From Vicugna vicugna (lineage: Eukaryota): a stretch of 64,000 nucleotides of DNA. This document shows positions 34,196 through 48,203 of the stretch, one piece after another. Each line of letters starts with the position of its first letter. The stretch's first letter is position 1. The position numbers and the translations under genes were made by a program. The DNA is taken from contig MU058065.1 in NCBI GenBank assembly GCA_013265495.1, forward strand, positions 7,254,302-7,318,301. Reading direction: 5' to 3'. The notes beneath the pieces were generated by a model that saw only the letters and a program-made list of their open reading frames with translations, was not told the DNA's origin and made no database searches.

Positions 34196-36860
34196 TCTTC
34201 TTTTCAAATTGAAGTATAATTGATATACAACAAATTACACATGTTTAAAATTACAAATTGATGAATCTTGACATATGTATTTGCCCATGGAACCATCACC
34301 TCAATTAAGATAATTAATATATCCTTCACCCTCAAGTTTCCTCCAGCACCTTTGTACATTTACCTCCTGCCTATCATTGTCACTTTATCCTCAAGCAGCC
34401 ACTGGGCTGCTTTCTGTCACTATAGATAAGTTTGCACCTTTAAGAATTTTACAGTATATGCACTCTTTGTTGTCTGACTTCTTTTACTCAGCACTTTTTT
34501 TTTTGAGATTCATTCATGATGTTGTGTATATCAAGAGTTTATTCCTTTTTATGGCTATGAAGTAGTTCATTGTATGGATATAAAGTCATTTGTTTTATCT
34601 TTTCATCGGTTGATTGATGTTTGGGTTGTTCCCAGTTTTTGGTTATTACAAATAAAGCTGCTATGAACATTTGTGTTCATATAGTGTTTATATGTGTCTT
34701 TATATACATATATACTTTAATCTATCTTTGGTAAATATGTAAGAGTAAAGTGACTGAATATTTAATATCTTAAGAAACTGCCAAACTGCTTTCCAAAGTG
34801 ATGGTACCATTTTACGTTTCCACTAGCAGCATATGAGAGTTTCAGTTGTTTCACATCCTCACCAACACTCGGTATGAGTCAGTCTTTAATTTTAGCCATT
34901 CTAATGGGTGTGTAATAGTATCTCATTGTGGGTTTAATTTGCATTCCCTAATGACTAGTGATGTTGAGCATCTTTTCATGCACCTATTTGCCATTTGCAT
35001 ACCTTCTTCAGTGAAGTGTCTTTCAAATCTTTTGCCCAATTGAAATCTTTTTTATTAATGAGTTTGAGAGTTCTCTACATAGCCTAGATACAAACCCTTT
35101 GCCAGATAAGTAATTTGAAAATACTTTCTCCCAGTCCATGACTTGTCTTTGCATTTTCTTGAGACTATTTTCCAAAATACAGAAGTTTTAAATTTTGATG
35201 AAGACTAATTTAGCATTTTTGTCTTTTACGGATCAAACTTTTGGTGTTGTATCTACAAAGTCTTTGTCACAAAGTTTTTTCCCTATGTTTTCTTCTCAAA
35301 GCTTTATTATTCAACTTTTACACTTAGGTCTATGATCTATTTTAAGTTAACTTTTGTATATGGCATATGGTGTGAATCAAAGCCCCCCTTTTTGCATATG
35401 GATATTCAATTGCTTTAGCATCATTTATTGAGAAGATTATATTTTCTCTACCAAATTGATTTTGCATCTTGTCAAAAATCAGTTGTTCATATATGTATGG
35501 ACCTACTTATGTTTCATTGATTCATGCATTTATCTTTATGCAAACACTACATTGTATTGATTACTTCAGCTTTGTATTAAGTCTTGAAGTCAGGTAGTGT
35601 TAAATCTCAAGTTTGTTTTCTCTTTCTTTATTTTTTGACTTTCCACATGAATTTTAGAATAAACTCGCCAGTTTCTACAAAACTCTCTGCTAGGAATTTG
35701 ATTTGAAATGCTTTTTGAATCTACAGGCTAATTTGGGAGAGAATTGGTATCTTTACAATATTCCGTCTTCTGACTCATGAGCGAGGTGTATCGCTCCATT
35801 TATTTAGGCTTTCCTTTATGTCTCTCAGCAGAGTTTTGTAGTATAGGCATTTCACATATTTTGTCAGATTTATTTCTAAGTATTTTGTATATTTTGATGC
35901 TATTAAAATGGTATTATTTCTTAACTTCACTTTTAATAATACATTGTTGATATATAAGAATACAATTTTGTATATTTATCTCATTTCTTCAATTTTGCTG
36001 AACTTACTTATAAGTTCTACCACCTTTTTTTTGTAGATTCCAGAGAATTTTCTACTTAAACAATCATGTAACCTGTAAATAAAGATGGTCCCCTACTTCT
36101 TCCTTTGTAATGCAGATACAGTCTAAGTACTTTAAATTTCCTTTTCTTGCCTTATTGAACTGGCTGGACATTCCAGTAAAATACTGAATAGAAATGTTGA
36201 GAGGAGACATATTGTTTTGCCTTAACCTTGGGCCAAAACTTTAATCTTTTAGCATTAAGTACTGTCTTAGTCTTATTTTGGTATCTGGATAATGCTAGCC
36301 TAATGAAATGAATAGAAAAAAATATCCCCTCCTCTTCAAGATTCTGCAAGAGATTGATCAGGATTAATTTTTTTTTTCCTCTTGAATGTTCAGTAGTCTT
36401 CCCCAGGGGAACTGATTATGCTTAGAGGTTTTTTGTTTTTTGTTTTTTTTTTTTGAAAAATTTTAACCACAATTACACTTCCTTTTATAGATATAGAGCT
36501 ATTCAGGTTGTCTGTTTCTTGAGTGAGTGAGCTTTGATAATTTTTGTCTTTAAGGAATTTGTCCATTTCATCGAATTTGTCAAGACCATTGGATCAGAAT
36601 TGTTCATGTCATTCCCTTATTATCTTCTCATGCCCAGAGAATCTGAAATGATGCCATCGTCCTCATTCCTGATATAGGTAACTGTGTTTTGTATCTTTTT
36701 TATTTGTGGGGTTGGTCTCAATCTGGCTAGAGGTTCCTAGGTTTTATTGGCTTTCTCAACGAACCAGTTTTTAGTATTGTTGTTTTTCTATATTATTTTC
36801 CTGTTTTCTGTTTCATTGAGGTAGGTTATGTTCTTTGTTATTTCCTTTTCTAGTTTCTGA
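34196..36860 (-). mobile_element. Old L1 (L1MB/MC-type), 3'UTR plus ORF2 3' half with internal deletions
   Basis: Antisense L1 text throughout (gaaactgccaaactgctttccaaagtg...tttagccattctaatgggtgtgtaatagtatctcattgtggg...aatttgggagagaattggtatcttt). Confidence 0.9.
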
Positions 36861-36889
36861 AGGTAAAAACTGAAGAGTACTGATTGGTT

Positions 36890-37550
36890 ATCTTGTTAGA
36901 ATGTCTTTCAATTTGAGTTTGCCTGATGCCTTCTCCTAATTAGGGTTTAGGTTTTTGGAAAGAATACTGTAGAAGTGAAATGCCTTTTCATCACGTCATG
37001 GTGGTGTCTATATGGTATCAACATGACTTATTACTGATGAAGTTAACCTTGATCACTTGGGTAAGGTAGTGTCTGCCAGGTTATAATTTTTCTTTTCCCA
37101 TACTCTATTTGTTAGAGATGAGTCACTCAGTCCAATGGAAGACACTCAGGGAGAAGGGGATTAAACTCCACTTCCTGGAGTGAGGAGTATCAAAGAATTT
37201 GTGGACGTATGTTAAATCACTATACTAATTAGTAAATATTTTCGGAGAGATATTCCTGATGCTATGTTCTGGTTATTAAAGCTTCTGTACTTATTTTAGC
37301 ATCCATCCACAAATCTTGCTTGCAGCAACGATTACTGTGATGTTCTAATGACGGTTTTCTATTTTTCTTATTCTTTCCACATTTATTTGGAATTTTTCTG
37401 TTAGAGAGATTTGTCCCTTCTCCCTCAGTGGATTCATGCTTATTTTACTCTTTAGGTTTTAATCAAGTGCTATAGTTATCTATTTTATTCTAGTTTTAGC
37501 CATTGGAAAATTTTCATGTTGTCTCCTGTGTTCTTTTTATATGCTCTCCA
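36890..37550 (-). mobile_element. L1MC4-like 3'UTR fragment
   Basis: gaatgtctttcaatttgagtttgcctgatg...gttaaccttgatcacttgggtaaggtagtgtctgccagg. Confidence 0.7.
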
Positions 37551-37740
37551 CTGGTTGACTTTTGAGTGTATTGCACAACATTCTGTACAGAGCCCACACT
37601 TTCTTTAGGACATTTCAGATACTTTACACAGTAGATACTATGATTTGTCCAGTCAACATTTCATATATTTCTGAAATAGATTGAGATAAAGTGTCTTAAA
37701 AATAAATAATTCTCAGGAAAAGTTTGGCTGCCCAGACTTT

Positions 37741-37776
37741 ACACACACACACACACACACACATACACACACACAT
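37741..37776. repeat. (CA)n microsatellite
   Basis: Read directly. Confidence 0.95.
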
Positions 37777-39784
37777 ATGAATATAAACCTCATTTTTTTC
37801 TTTTCACTACTACTTTTACTCTAAATTTCTAAGGCCAACTCTCTTGCTCCCATCTCAACAACTTCCATGAGGTTGCATGTTGACACACAGCTCTGAAGTT
37901 GACTGGTCTTCACTGTGCTTCTTGGGAAGGTTAGATGGGTAGAGATTGAAAGCAGGAGATTGAAAAAGAGGGTTTATCCCGACCAACACAATGGATCAAC
38001 TTCTCTCTGATCTACACACATACTATTGAAAATAGTGGACAGCTTTTGGTTGGATCAGACTTCTTAGTATTTTCCCAGAAAAAATGTAATATTGGACAGA
38101 GGAAAATAACAGAAGAGGTGATTCTACTTGATATATAAAACCTCCTACCATTGGATACCTTCCTTGCTACTTTATATCAAGAATTTTCATGGCTGAACTT
38201 TCTCTTAACTGGACTATGGACAAATACTCTAAGCTAACCATCTCTTGAACATCTCTCTCTGGTTAAGGCTTCCAAATCCTGGGAACTCCATGAGAAAGTG
38301 AAAACTGAAGTCCATCATGTGGTGGCATTCCCTACCTGGATTCATGTAATTGCTTTGGCTGGTATTCTTTATTGAGTTAGTTGACTTTTTTTTTTTTTTT
38401 TGGTAGCCTTTCTGAATTGAACAGTGCTTTTGGCATCAACTGGATCTCATTGGACATTCTTAGCTGTTGTACATCTATGAAGCAGGAGGGGACCAAGCAG
38501 GGCAATCTGGGCTTCTAAATGATCCCATTCATTCCACAGAGGCACTCACTGCCTCCTCCCTCACAGCCTTCCCAAAGCCCTCTCCATTTCCTCCCTGGTT
38601 CTCCACGGCTCTGCAACTTCAGCCTTCCATCCCCCTGCCACATGGATTATTTCCAGTCTAAGTTTATTTAGGCACCATCTCTTTCTTCATATACACATGT
38701 ATGTTGGGTTTTTCAATATGTACAGCATCCTCTCCTCACCAGCTGCCTTTTTCTACAAATGACAGTATTCGGACTCAAACAGGAAAGAAATAAGTCCTCT
38801 TCCGTTCCTGGGACAGCCACCTGCCTTTAGCCTCCAAAGCTCTCCTGTTCCATTCTGTTGATCTTGGGTAAACTATGGAACTGGATATGGTGGAACAGAA
38901 TTTCAGAGTCATTTACCTGAACAGTTTATATCTTTTGGAGCTCTCCCAGCCAGCTTGCTGTAGCTCAAGTAAGGTTCAAATTCTTTATTCTGACCTCTTG
39001 TGGCTCATAATTTTTAACTTATGTGTAAGCTTTGTATCCACATTTCTTAGTTTGCTTTGACTCACACCAGAGAAGTAGTTAGAGCTGATGAGTGACCTAT
39101 TAAAGCAGCTGTTATGAGTGTTTAAAATATATAAATATTTCTATGTATGTACACATTTATTTAAACTTTTTTTGGCATTGAAAAGGCAGAGAAGAAGCAC
39201 ATATCATACACAGATAACCCTAATTAATTCACTTATTCACTCAAAAGCCATTTCCAGGGCAACTACCACCTTCAGGTAGCCACTATTGTGGCCATAAAGC
39301 AATTACCATGAACTCAGTCATGAAATCAACCATGCAACAAACATGGACTGAGCACTAATTATGTGCCAGTCTCTACTCAAATTTCCAGATAGCAAGGATG
39401 AATAAGACAGGAAAAAAAAACTTTCCCTTTAAGAACTCACATTCTAGTGTATTCATGCAAAGTGTAAAGGAATGAAGGGGGAAGAGAGCTAACCTTTGTG
39501 TTGAGTGCTTTGTATAATATACTAAACTCACTTAATTCTCATTAAAACATCCTATGAGGTATTACTGCTGCTTTTATATTGCCTTCTCAAGACCCTCTAA
39601 ACCTCCCGCCTGGTCCCTTTCTCACTATCTATATCCATAATGAATTTTTCATGGATGACACAGATATGCAATTAATTATTATGTACTGAAACATGTACAA
39701 ACAGTGGAACATGTACTAAATAGAGATTTGGTCAAGAAGCTAAGGGTCAGGAAAGAGTGTTCACTGCACAGGCAGGTAAGGATC

Positions 39785-39962
39785 CTTAAAGTTTGTTGTG
39801 CATAAGGATTACTTGGGAAGCTTGTTTAAATTTTTGGTTCCTGGGCTTCAGCCTTAGAAATTCTCATTCAGTAGGTCTAGGGTGGGAACTAGGGATTTGT
39901 ATTTTCACAAATGCTTTGAGTTATTCTAAAGGAGAGGATCTGCAAATTGACAAACAGTGGTC
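39785..39962. mobile_element. MER5A-type hAT MITE
   Basis: ggattacttgggaagcttgtttaaa...ttcctgggc...agaaattctcattcagtaggtctagggtgggaactagggatttgtatttt. Confidence 0.8.
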
Positions 39963-41129
39963 TAGGAGGAGGTAAGACTCCTAGTTTGTATAGATGAGTC
40001 CTTCCAGAGTTCAATGTGGCCAAATTTATTTCTTACTGATACCCTAACGTGTGAAATATCATTACCAGACAAGTTTATTTATTCACGTCTTGATCTTTTT
40101 CTAATATCACTAACATTTAATACTACCTTCATGTGAATTAAATTATCAACTGCACTGATCCTTGATAGAAGAAATGAAGGCAGCATAAAACGCAAAGTGA
40201 AGGCTATGAATAGTGGAGAAAGGCAAAGACCCCATTTCCAGGGCTCAGCTGAGAAGCAAAGTGTCAGGGTCTGCCTGAGACTTTTTCACAAGTCACTGCT
40301 TCGTGGCTTTCATCCAAAGAGGTCAAGTATATGGAGACTAGCTCAGTGTCCCTTGTCTAGCTTCTTCTGCCTGAAATATACTTTATGTATAATTTCTTCC
40401 ATTCTCTTCTATGCTTTCCTATCTGATCAGACAACTCTTAGAACTCTGTCTCCCTAGAGACTCTTCACATCATCTCAGGAAATTCCCAGGCCTTCTGTGT
40501 GGAGGGCTGACCAGGGGTTCCTGGGTGTACTATTGACTATAGGCATGGCTCTTAGCCCTCGAGCTCAGGTGTGCAAGAAATATTGTACTTATTTTATTTA
40601 AATCATTTTAAATACAACTCTTCAGGTTGTTGGGAAGTTCAATATGATATCCTGGGGCTCCCCAGACCCCAGGGTCCCAGGATCTTATGAACACAAAACT
40701 TTGGGGAGGTCCTTCTGGTCACGAACAATGATCCACACTGGTTAGAGTTGCCTGTTGTCCCTTCATGGTATTACTCCAAGTCCAGTGGCTCTGCTTATTT
40801 CTGTCACATTGAGAACATGGGGACTTTTGTGGAGGCTGGATACCTGTTGCATGTGGACTGAGTCCCTTTGGTGCACACAAAGCTCTCCTCTCTGCACGGT
40901 ATCACCAGACAATTCTACCAAGAAGCAAGGCATGGGCCTCAATCACCATGGGAGCTAGAACAACCCCTTTGAATAGTTTAGGTTTTGTCTGGAGGAGAAA
41001 CTGAAAGTCAACTTCTTTTATCTTTGTGTAAGTCACTAACCAAAGAAATATTAAGAATCTGGATAGTTGTATGCAGTTAGGCAGGAAGAAAAAATGATTT
41101 TTTCTCACCTCTTCTTTTGGAAAATAATA

Positions 41130-41375
41130 CTGATATTGAAAACTTACTATGTATCAGGGCATTGACTATGTTATCCTACCTAATCCTGTAGCACATTTAG
41201 GGGGAGAGAACAACTTCCAAATTTTACAGTTACAGGGGAAGAAACAGAGACTGAGAGAGGGTAAGGGATTTGTTTAATACAAAACAAATTTAGGTACAGA
41301 AAAGTGAAGTGACTTGCCAATACTGAGAATCAACATGGGTCCCTTGAGTCTAAGACCAATATTTGTTTTCCACAT
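41130..41375 (-). mobile_element. MIR SINE
   Basis: acttactatgtatcagggcattg...gaaacagagactgagagaggg...gaagtgacttgccaa. Confidence 0.65.
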
Positions 41376-44300
41376 CCTGTGGATCTGTCTGCTATTGCTA
41401 CAAAAAGGATTACTCCTCAAAAACTCCATCTCTTCTTTTGTCTGTTTAGGTTGCTAAACTATTTGCCTATTTATAATGACAGCTATACAATGTCTTTAAT
41501 ATTTGGAAAATAAAATTTTAGCACAAGTCTGAGACATTTCATTTAAGTGTTTCTTTTGTTATTTGCTTACAGACATACTTAGTATAAGAAAAAAATCAAC
41601 CTTTGAATGTTATGTTCTAAACTGCCATGACCACTGATGGTCCACCTCTGCCTACTCTTGATTCCACTTCATGAAGTAAAATGTATACTTTATCACAAAA
41701 AAGACAACATTTAGCTTCATATGCAGAATGATCCTTATGTCTTGATGGAAAGCCTCCAGCGTCCAAAGTCACTCTGGAAGAGTTAGGTCACTTTCTAGTA
41801 TACACTGTGCCCTCCAAGTAGCTTATGGCTAAATCAACTCAGACCAATGCACGGCCTCATTCAACTTCAAGATTCTCAAGAGGGGGAAATCCTTCAACTT
41901 TTCTCCTTCCATTACTTTCCAATTCTTTATCTTAAACATGCTTTTCTACCTGTGCAACGTACATCTTGCCTGCTGTGCTTTCAGTGGTTTTTTTCCTCTC
42001 GATACATCTTCAGAAAAGATGGAGAACAGCTGGCCTCTACTCTGCACGTAATAACCCCTCTGAGACCTGAATACTGTTATTCATTTCCTTACCTTTAGTG
42101 GAAGAAATTTTTGCTGGACATTTTGGAAGTTCTACCGGATGCAGCTTTTAATAAAATATCCATAAGCTGGAATAAAGCCACCAGATAGGAGATGACCTCT
42201 CTTGGAACCAAAGCATCATCAGGATCATAAAACTCAAAGGCAGAACACAGATGGAGGAGTGTGTGCTGCTGCAACAGCCATTTTTTTTGTTTGTTTGTTT
42301 ATTTGTTTTTAACTAGGCATGTTTTATTCTAATCTGTGTGGTTAGAACCATTAGACAATGGCAAGAAATTGGCACCCTTTATGTTTGCTTTCAAATAGTT
42401 CATTTACAATGAAAGGGAAATAGATTTAGATATGAAGAAAAGGCAAGCATGGTGTCTGTCCAAAGGTGAGGCTCTGTGGTCCGTTTTGAGATTGTGGATG
42501 CTAGGGGAGTTGTTTTACAGCATGATGGTGGCCACATCAGAGAGAAGATGCTGCAAGCAGTGTGGCAGCCAGGGTCACAGGGCTCCTATAAACAAAAGAG
42601 TTGTTAGGGTGCTCAGATGAGGCCATAGAAGCAAAGAGTTAGCACAGGGCTGGGCATATATAAATGCTCAATAAACTTAAAGAGGAGGAGGATTGGTAAA
42701 TTCTTAGGAAGTCAGGGCATCAATTTGGGCTTGCAGTGACCCCAGGCTCTTGTATTTCTTTCCGTCCTATTCATACTTATTAGAAAAGTTTGATTAGCCC
42801 AGTTTATCTTTTAGGTTACCTGGAAATGGCTATAGCCTCTTTGAGATAGACTGGCTTTATTCAATAGGAGTGAAGAAAGAGTGAGAGGAGGTATTAATTA
42901 TAACAACTATGCAATCTTATGATGCTTTTCTTTAATATGTTATTTGTTGAATCCTTAGTATATATTAGGCATGTTACATATGATCACTTTTAACTCATAG
43001 TCTCCTTGCTTTGAACACAGGTTGCATGACCTGTCCATGATAGTGGCAGACTTGGAAATCTGACCCTAGCCTGTCTGACTCAGAAACCCAGCTGAGGATG
43101 GTACTGCAAGGGAGAAGGCTGTGTGGAGGGGGATGTGGCCACACTCACCATGGGAGCTATGGGTTTGGTTACTGGAATAAACTTTGGCATGCAGAGAGCG
43201 TTTGCAAAGCTGGGCTAGAAATCACGCTTACAAAGTGGTAGCCATTTCTAAGGTCTTGTGAGGACCACAGCTTTGGATGAATCACTTGAGTTCCTTTTCC
43301 ACTCAGCACTCTTGAGCCCACTTAGGTGGAGTGTTCATATCCTGTACTTGGAGTAGGCAGTTTAGACAGAACAGAAGAGCATAACAAGGTGAAATAGAAA
43401 ATTAATCATTTAAACTTTTTTTCAGAAAGGAAATAGGAGAGCAACTGTTTGAGATAACACATTCCTTTTTTATGTGCTCGGGGGCTTGAGTTTTATTTTA
43501 ACCACAGCATGTTTCACAGGGCTCTCACAGCTGATGTAGTAGCAGGGAATAACTTAGCAGCCCTTGAACAAAGTTATGCAGTGTGGTGGTGGTTGTGAGG
43601 GGAGAGTTTTTCTGTTTCCTTGTTTTCAATTCCAGAAAAATCAAACCTTCTGTGTCGACTGCCTGACATGGGTCATGGCCTTGTCAGTGGCTCCTTAATT
43701 AACAAAGAAGTTTTTATGTATCCAGTGCAAGGCTTGTCTTACCTCCTGCCCCCATCTGCTAAATGAACCATGCGAATCAGCACGTACGGAGACCTCAGAG
43801 ACGTCCAACGGTGGACTTGGAAGAATCCATGCAGCCAGCAAAGGGGAGTTTAGTAGTCTCTGTCCTTTTCTTCTTCTTGAATTCAGCTTTTACAGGACTT
43901 TTAATGTGTTTGCTGCAGGAAAATGCTGGAGTTCCCAGAGGCAGTCACAGAATTGGGGTGATAGGTGTGCCTTGGGTCACAGCCAGTAATTCGACCGTTC
44001 GGTATTTTCGCAACCTCAAGCTCACAGAGTAAACTTGGCAAAGCTACATCCTAACATTCAGGCCTAGCTTTTTTAGCCCCAAGCCCCTCAAAGTGCATAT
44101 GTTTCTTTCCCCTGAAAGCCTCAGGCTACCTTTAATCTCTCTTTCAGAGACTTGTAGGCTGGTGAGAGGAACTGGACATTCACCTGTAGGCTACGGGCCC
44201 CTCTGAAAAGCTATGAAGGCCTCTTAAGCTGTCAGCCTCTTGGGAGCAGCCCCCACTCCTGGCAGACAGCACTGAACCTGGCAGCAGAATTTATGTTGTA

Positions 44301-44734
44301 ACTGGCGGGCTCCATACATTCCAGAGAGGGAGGGCCGATGTTCTCCTGGAGATAGTGAGATGAGAGGCACGCCAGGTTTTCTGTGATTTTTTTTTTGCCT
44401 CTCAGCTGAGCTGCTAGGAGGGACAGAGCCACAAAAACGCCATGAATATTGTCTCAGTCATCCCGTCTGAAAGTTGTTCATCAGAAAGAGAAGAGAAAGG
44501 TTGTGTGGTCAGCAAAGTAGAGAATCATTTCCAGGGCCAGCTCTCCTGGGCCTCTTTGTTTGCGTATCTTGTCTAAATGCTTCCCTTAGCACCTCTATTT
44601 AAAGTATTAAAGTATAGAGAAAGGGGATCCAGAGCCTCCTGGCTGTCAAAGTGGTAAGACACCTGAATGCCCATCCATTGGGTCCCTGGGGGTGGTGGAG
44701 ACGTTTAGAGCTCACTTATTCTGCATGTGTTCCT

Positions 44735-45060
44735 TTTGTAGTTGGATTGGAGCCATATGAGTAGCAGGGAATATGAGTAGTTCTGGCCAATGGCTGTGAT
44801 CAGAAACGATCTGTACCAATTCTGGGTTAAGGCCACCTCTAGATTAAGGCCACCTCTATGTCTCTTTCCTCTACCGGGGCAACCTTGGAAGAAATATGCA
44901 GAGATGAAAGACAATTAAAACCCTGTGTCCTTGGTTGGAAGAAAATACCTACCAAGCCATTCTGGACTTTCAGTGAGTGAGAATGACACTTTTGTTATGC
45001 TAAAACACTGAGATTGAGTTTGTCTATACCAACCACTAGCAATAATTTTCCTGACTAATA
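44735..45060 (+). mobile_element. Old MaLR LTR (MLT1J/K-like)
   Basis: gagtagttctggccaatggctgtga...ctggactttcagtgagtgagaa...ttgttatgctaaaacactgagatt...cctgactaata. Confidence 0.7.
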
Positions 45061-47124
45061 GGGTGGTGTTGGTCTAGCTGTTTCCAGGGAAATTCTTCTA
45101 GCATGCAAGTGGTTCTCCAGAATAGGCTGCTGGAGACCTGTCTCTGTCTAGTCCTACAAAGACTTCACAATTTTTTACAAGTTTTTCTTTTTTGGACCCT
45201 TGAATATTAACCAATCCCAAAAAAGACACCTTTAAATTGTTGAGATCCCTGTGACTTGATGATTGGAATATACTTCCTAGACCTCCAGAGAGCTCTTGCT
45301 CATGCTGGTCTACCGACATTCTGGCTGCACCAGCCACAATGGATGGATCTGATTGCATTGCTTTATTCAACATATATTAATTGGGTTCTTACAAAGGTCC
45401 AGAGAGTCTTCTGAGATCTGTGATACAATGGCATTTGGCTTACTTCATCGCCCTACCTCCATCCTCCGGAAATGGTGATTGTATAACATGATGGAAGGCA
45501 CCATGCCCAGGAGCTGGTCATTGCAGTGATCTCCTGTCAACTTCTCAAGAACCTCACTAGGTAAGAATTCTTCTTCTGCTTTCTCTTACAGATAAGGGGC
45601 ATGACTCCCAGAGAACCTCCAGGTCACAGGGCCAGGGAGCACAGAGCCTGCTTTGCTCTGATTCTGCAACCTCTATACTCTCTTTTCACTAGTCATGGAC
45701 ATTCCAAGATACTCTCCCACATTAGACATATAAGATTCTGAGGACATTGTCTCCATGGTCAGCTTTGCTCAGTAAGCAGAGACCTTTCCTACTGGTCACA
45801 GATCTGCTGATTCGAATCTACAGGAGAGGAGGTGTTTCCCAGGAACCATGAAGTGCTTATTTTTAAGAGAAAAGGACATGCATCTTGTAGCGTCTCTGAC
45901 ATAGGAGTCAATCTGGCCCAGTCCTCTGACTTTTACTCGGACTGTATCACACCTTCCTACTCTGCCAACTCCTCCCCTGTTAGTGTGTTTGCTGAGGAAG
46001 ACACAGATACATTTCTTCAGATGTCTGTTTTCCATGCTTTTCTCCCTTGGGCTGGCAGGGAGGTTTTTGTTTCCCTTTCTAAGCACAATTCCTTTGATTT
46101 AGACTTCAGTAAAGAAGGAGAGTAACCACGAATTAATTCATCAAAAGGTTGCTATAAAATATGTCTGTGACTCTGGTGTAAAGTTTTAATAATAATGATT
46201 ACTGGATCGTGGATGGGGAGAAAGGTGGGAATTAGAAGAAGCTGTCCAAAGTCAAAATGCACATTCTTCAAGTCTCAATGAGAGAGAAAGGAATAGAATC
46301 AAGATGCAGACTAAGGAGTCATCTTGTCCCAGAGCCAGAGAAACTGCCAACTCAGTAAAATATTGCCTTTGATGCTTTTGCTCTAGGGACTTTCCTTTTA
46401 ATGGAGGGTAATTAATTATCATCATCCACTCGTACTTAGTAATAATCCTTTTACAGGCACTTGCACATTCCACATGCATGCCGTTGTCTAATATCCAGGC
46501 TGCAGGGAAGCGGTTCTTGGGTGGATGAAAATTGCATCCCTGGAGAGCTTCTCCCTTGGGGCACATTTTCCCCAAGATTCCATGACTCACCAGCTACATG
46601 GAGCTTTGAGAGCCAGACATTCTCTGCAAGGCCTGTGGAATCCTGGATCCACACATGCAGGATGGCCTAAAGGAGTGAGAAATAATGAACACAACCCAAT
46701 TTTTGCTGGGGAAGCAGAAGAACAGTGTGAGAATCCTGGTTATTATTGGACAACCGCCCTTGATATGCCAACCTCAGTTCTGCCTCGGTTCTATCTGAAT
46801 GGCATTGGGCAAATCTTTTAACTTCCTAGGTTGAGCTCTCCAACCTGAGCCAGGCATATGACATAAGCTTTTTCTCTTGACCTCACTTAGCTGTTCATAA
46901 AGATGACTGAGCTCATCTGGCAGCTAAAAGGGATAGAACTCTTCAAGGACAGGTGCAAAATAAATATAAGCTATTGAGGTTGACTTCACGATGATTACAT
47001 GCCTTGAACCAGAGTTGTAGCAACCTGCCCCTCCGCCCGTGACTTTTTCTCTGGTTACTTTTTGGCTGAGAGATCATTCTCTTTTATGAAAGTGAGAGGT
47101 GAGAAGGTGGAATGTGGGGAGGGA

Positions 47125-47340
47125 ACTAGCATTTAGAGATCATGTCAAATGTTCTAATACTTTGCTAAAGCACTTCATCTGTGTTTTCTTATTTAAGCCT
47201 CACCATATCTCTTTGATATTGTACAACTCATTTTACAGAGGAAAAAGTGGGGGCTCAGAGAAGTTAAGTGACATGTTCAAGGTCACACAGCCAAACCTGG
47301 TGTCAATGGGGCACAGAGGCTGATTTTTTCCACTCTGTAA
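47125..47340 (-). mobile_element. MIR SINE
   Basis: ctttgctaaagcactt...ctcattttacagaggaaaaagtgggggctcagagaagttaagtgacatgttcaaggtcacacagc. Confidence 0.85.
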
Positions 47341-48162
47341 GACCTTTTCTTAAGTAGAAAAATAAGGACAATCTTGTCAAAGCCAGGAAGAGAAAGAAGC
47401 TAGATGCATCATCCTTGCACTCCCCTCCTGTCTAATTTCACTCCTCTTTCATTCTAACTCTTAAATTATGTCCATTCCAAGGGATCAGAAAAGGCAAAAT
47501 GGGAGGGCAGACCTCCAATCCCACCCTGCATTCCTGATCTCAACATCCCCCTTTCCTCACTCCATCCCTCCAGCTGCTGTTAGGAGAGAAGCCTGCTCCC
47601 CTGCCTACTCCAGCGCCAGAACACTCTCCTTCCCTCTCTCTGCTGCTGCCCCACCCCAAGCCTCTCCCTGGCTCTTAGAGTTGCCAAGCTACTGGTAACA
47701 GAAAAATCAGAGTAGGATCGTGGGCTGCCAGGCTGTGTCAGGTACCTGAGACCCATCTGGGAAGATAAATGGAAAGCCCTGCACTTTCTGAGTTTTCTGA
47801 GCCATTGAGAAGGTGGAATTCCAGAGATAAAGTTCTCTCCCTCTCCCACCATTGGCTCTTCCTTGCTGATGGAGTCTGCTGAAAGTGTGTGGCGGGGGAC
47901 CTTCAGGAGGGCATTGCTGTGGATGCTTCATGTTTTTTCTCTGTAAGGCAGCCCAGGAGCCACATTCATGTGCTCAGTCTTAGAACTCCTCTTACCCTTT
48001 ATCTCTCCCTATTTGTCTGCCACTCATGCCGTTTCCCCACCTGCAACATGATAAGAGAAACAGCAGCTAACCAGCCAGTACTAATAGAAAGTGCGTTAAT
48101 GCTAAGAAATCAATGATCTCTTTTCCAGCTTCTATGAGGACTGAACTCAGATGAGAAATGTG

Positions 48163-48164
<2 letters not shown>

Positions 48165-48198
<34 letters not shown>
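48165..48198. repeat. (GT)n microsatellite
   Basis: Read directly. Confidence 0.95.

Positions 48199-48203
<5 letters not shown>

Noticed and set aside
40478..40487. Isolated perfect kB site (GGGAATTTCC on the minus strand)
   Set aside because: A few kB-consensus matches are expected by chance in 64 kb, and there is no supporting cluster.
47404..47425. Short resemblance to antisense U6 (tcatccttgc)
   Set aside because: Only ~10 matching bases, which is chance level.
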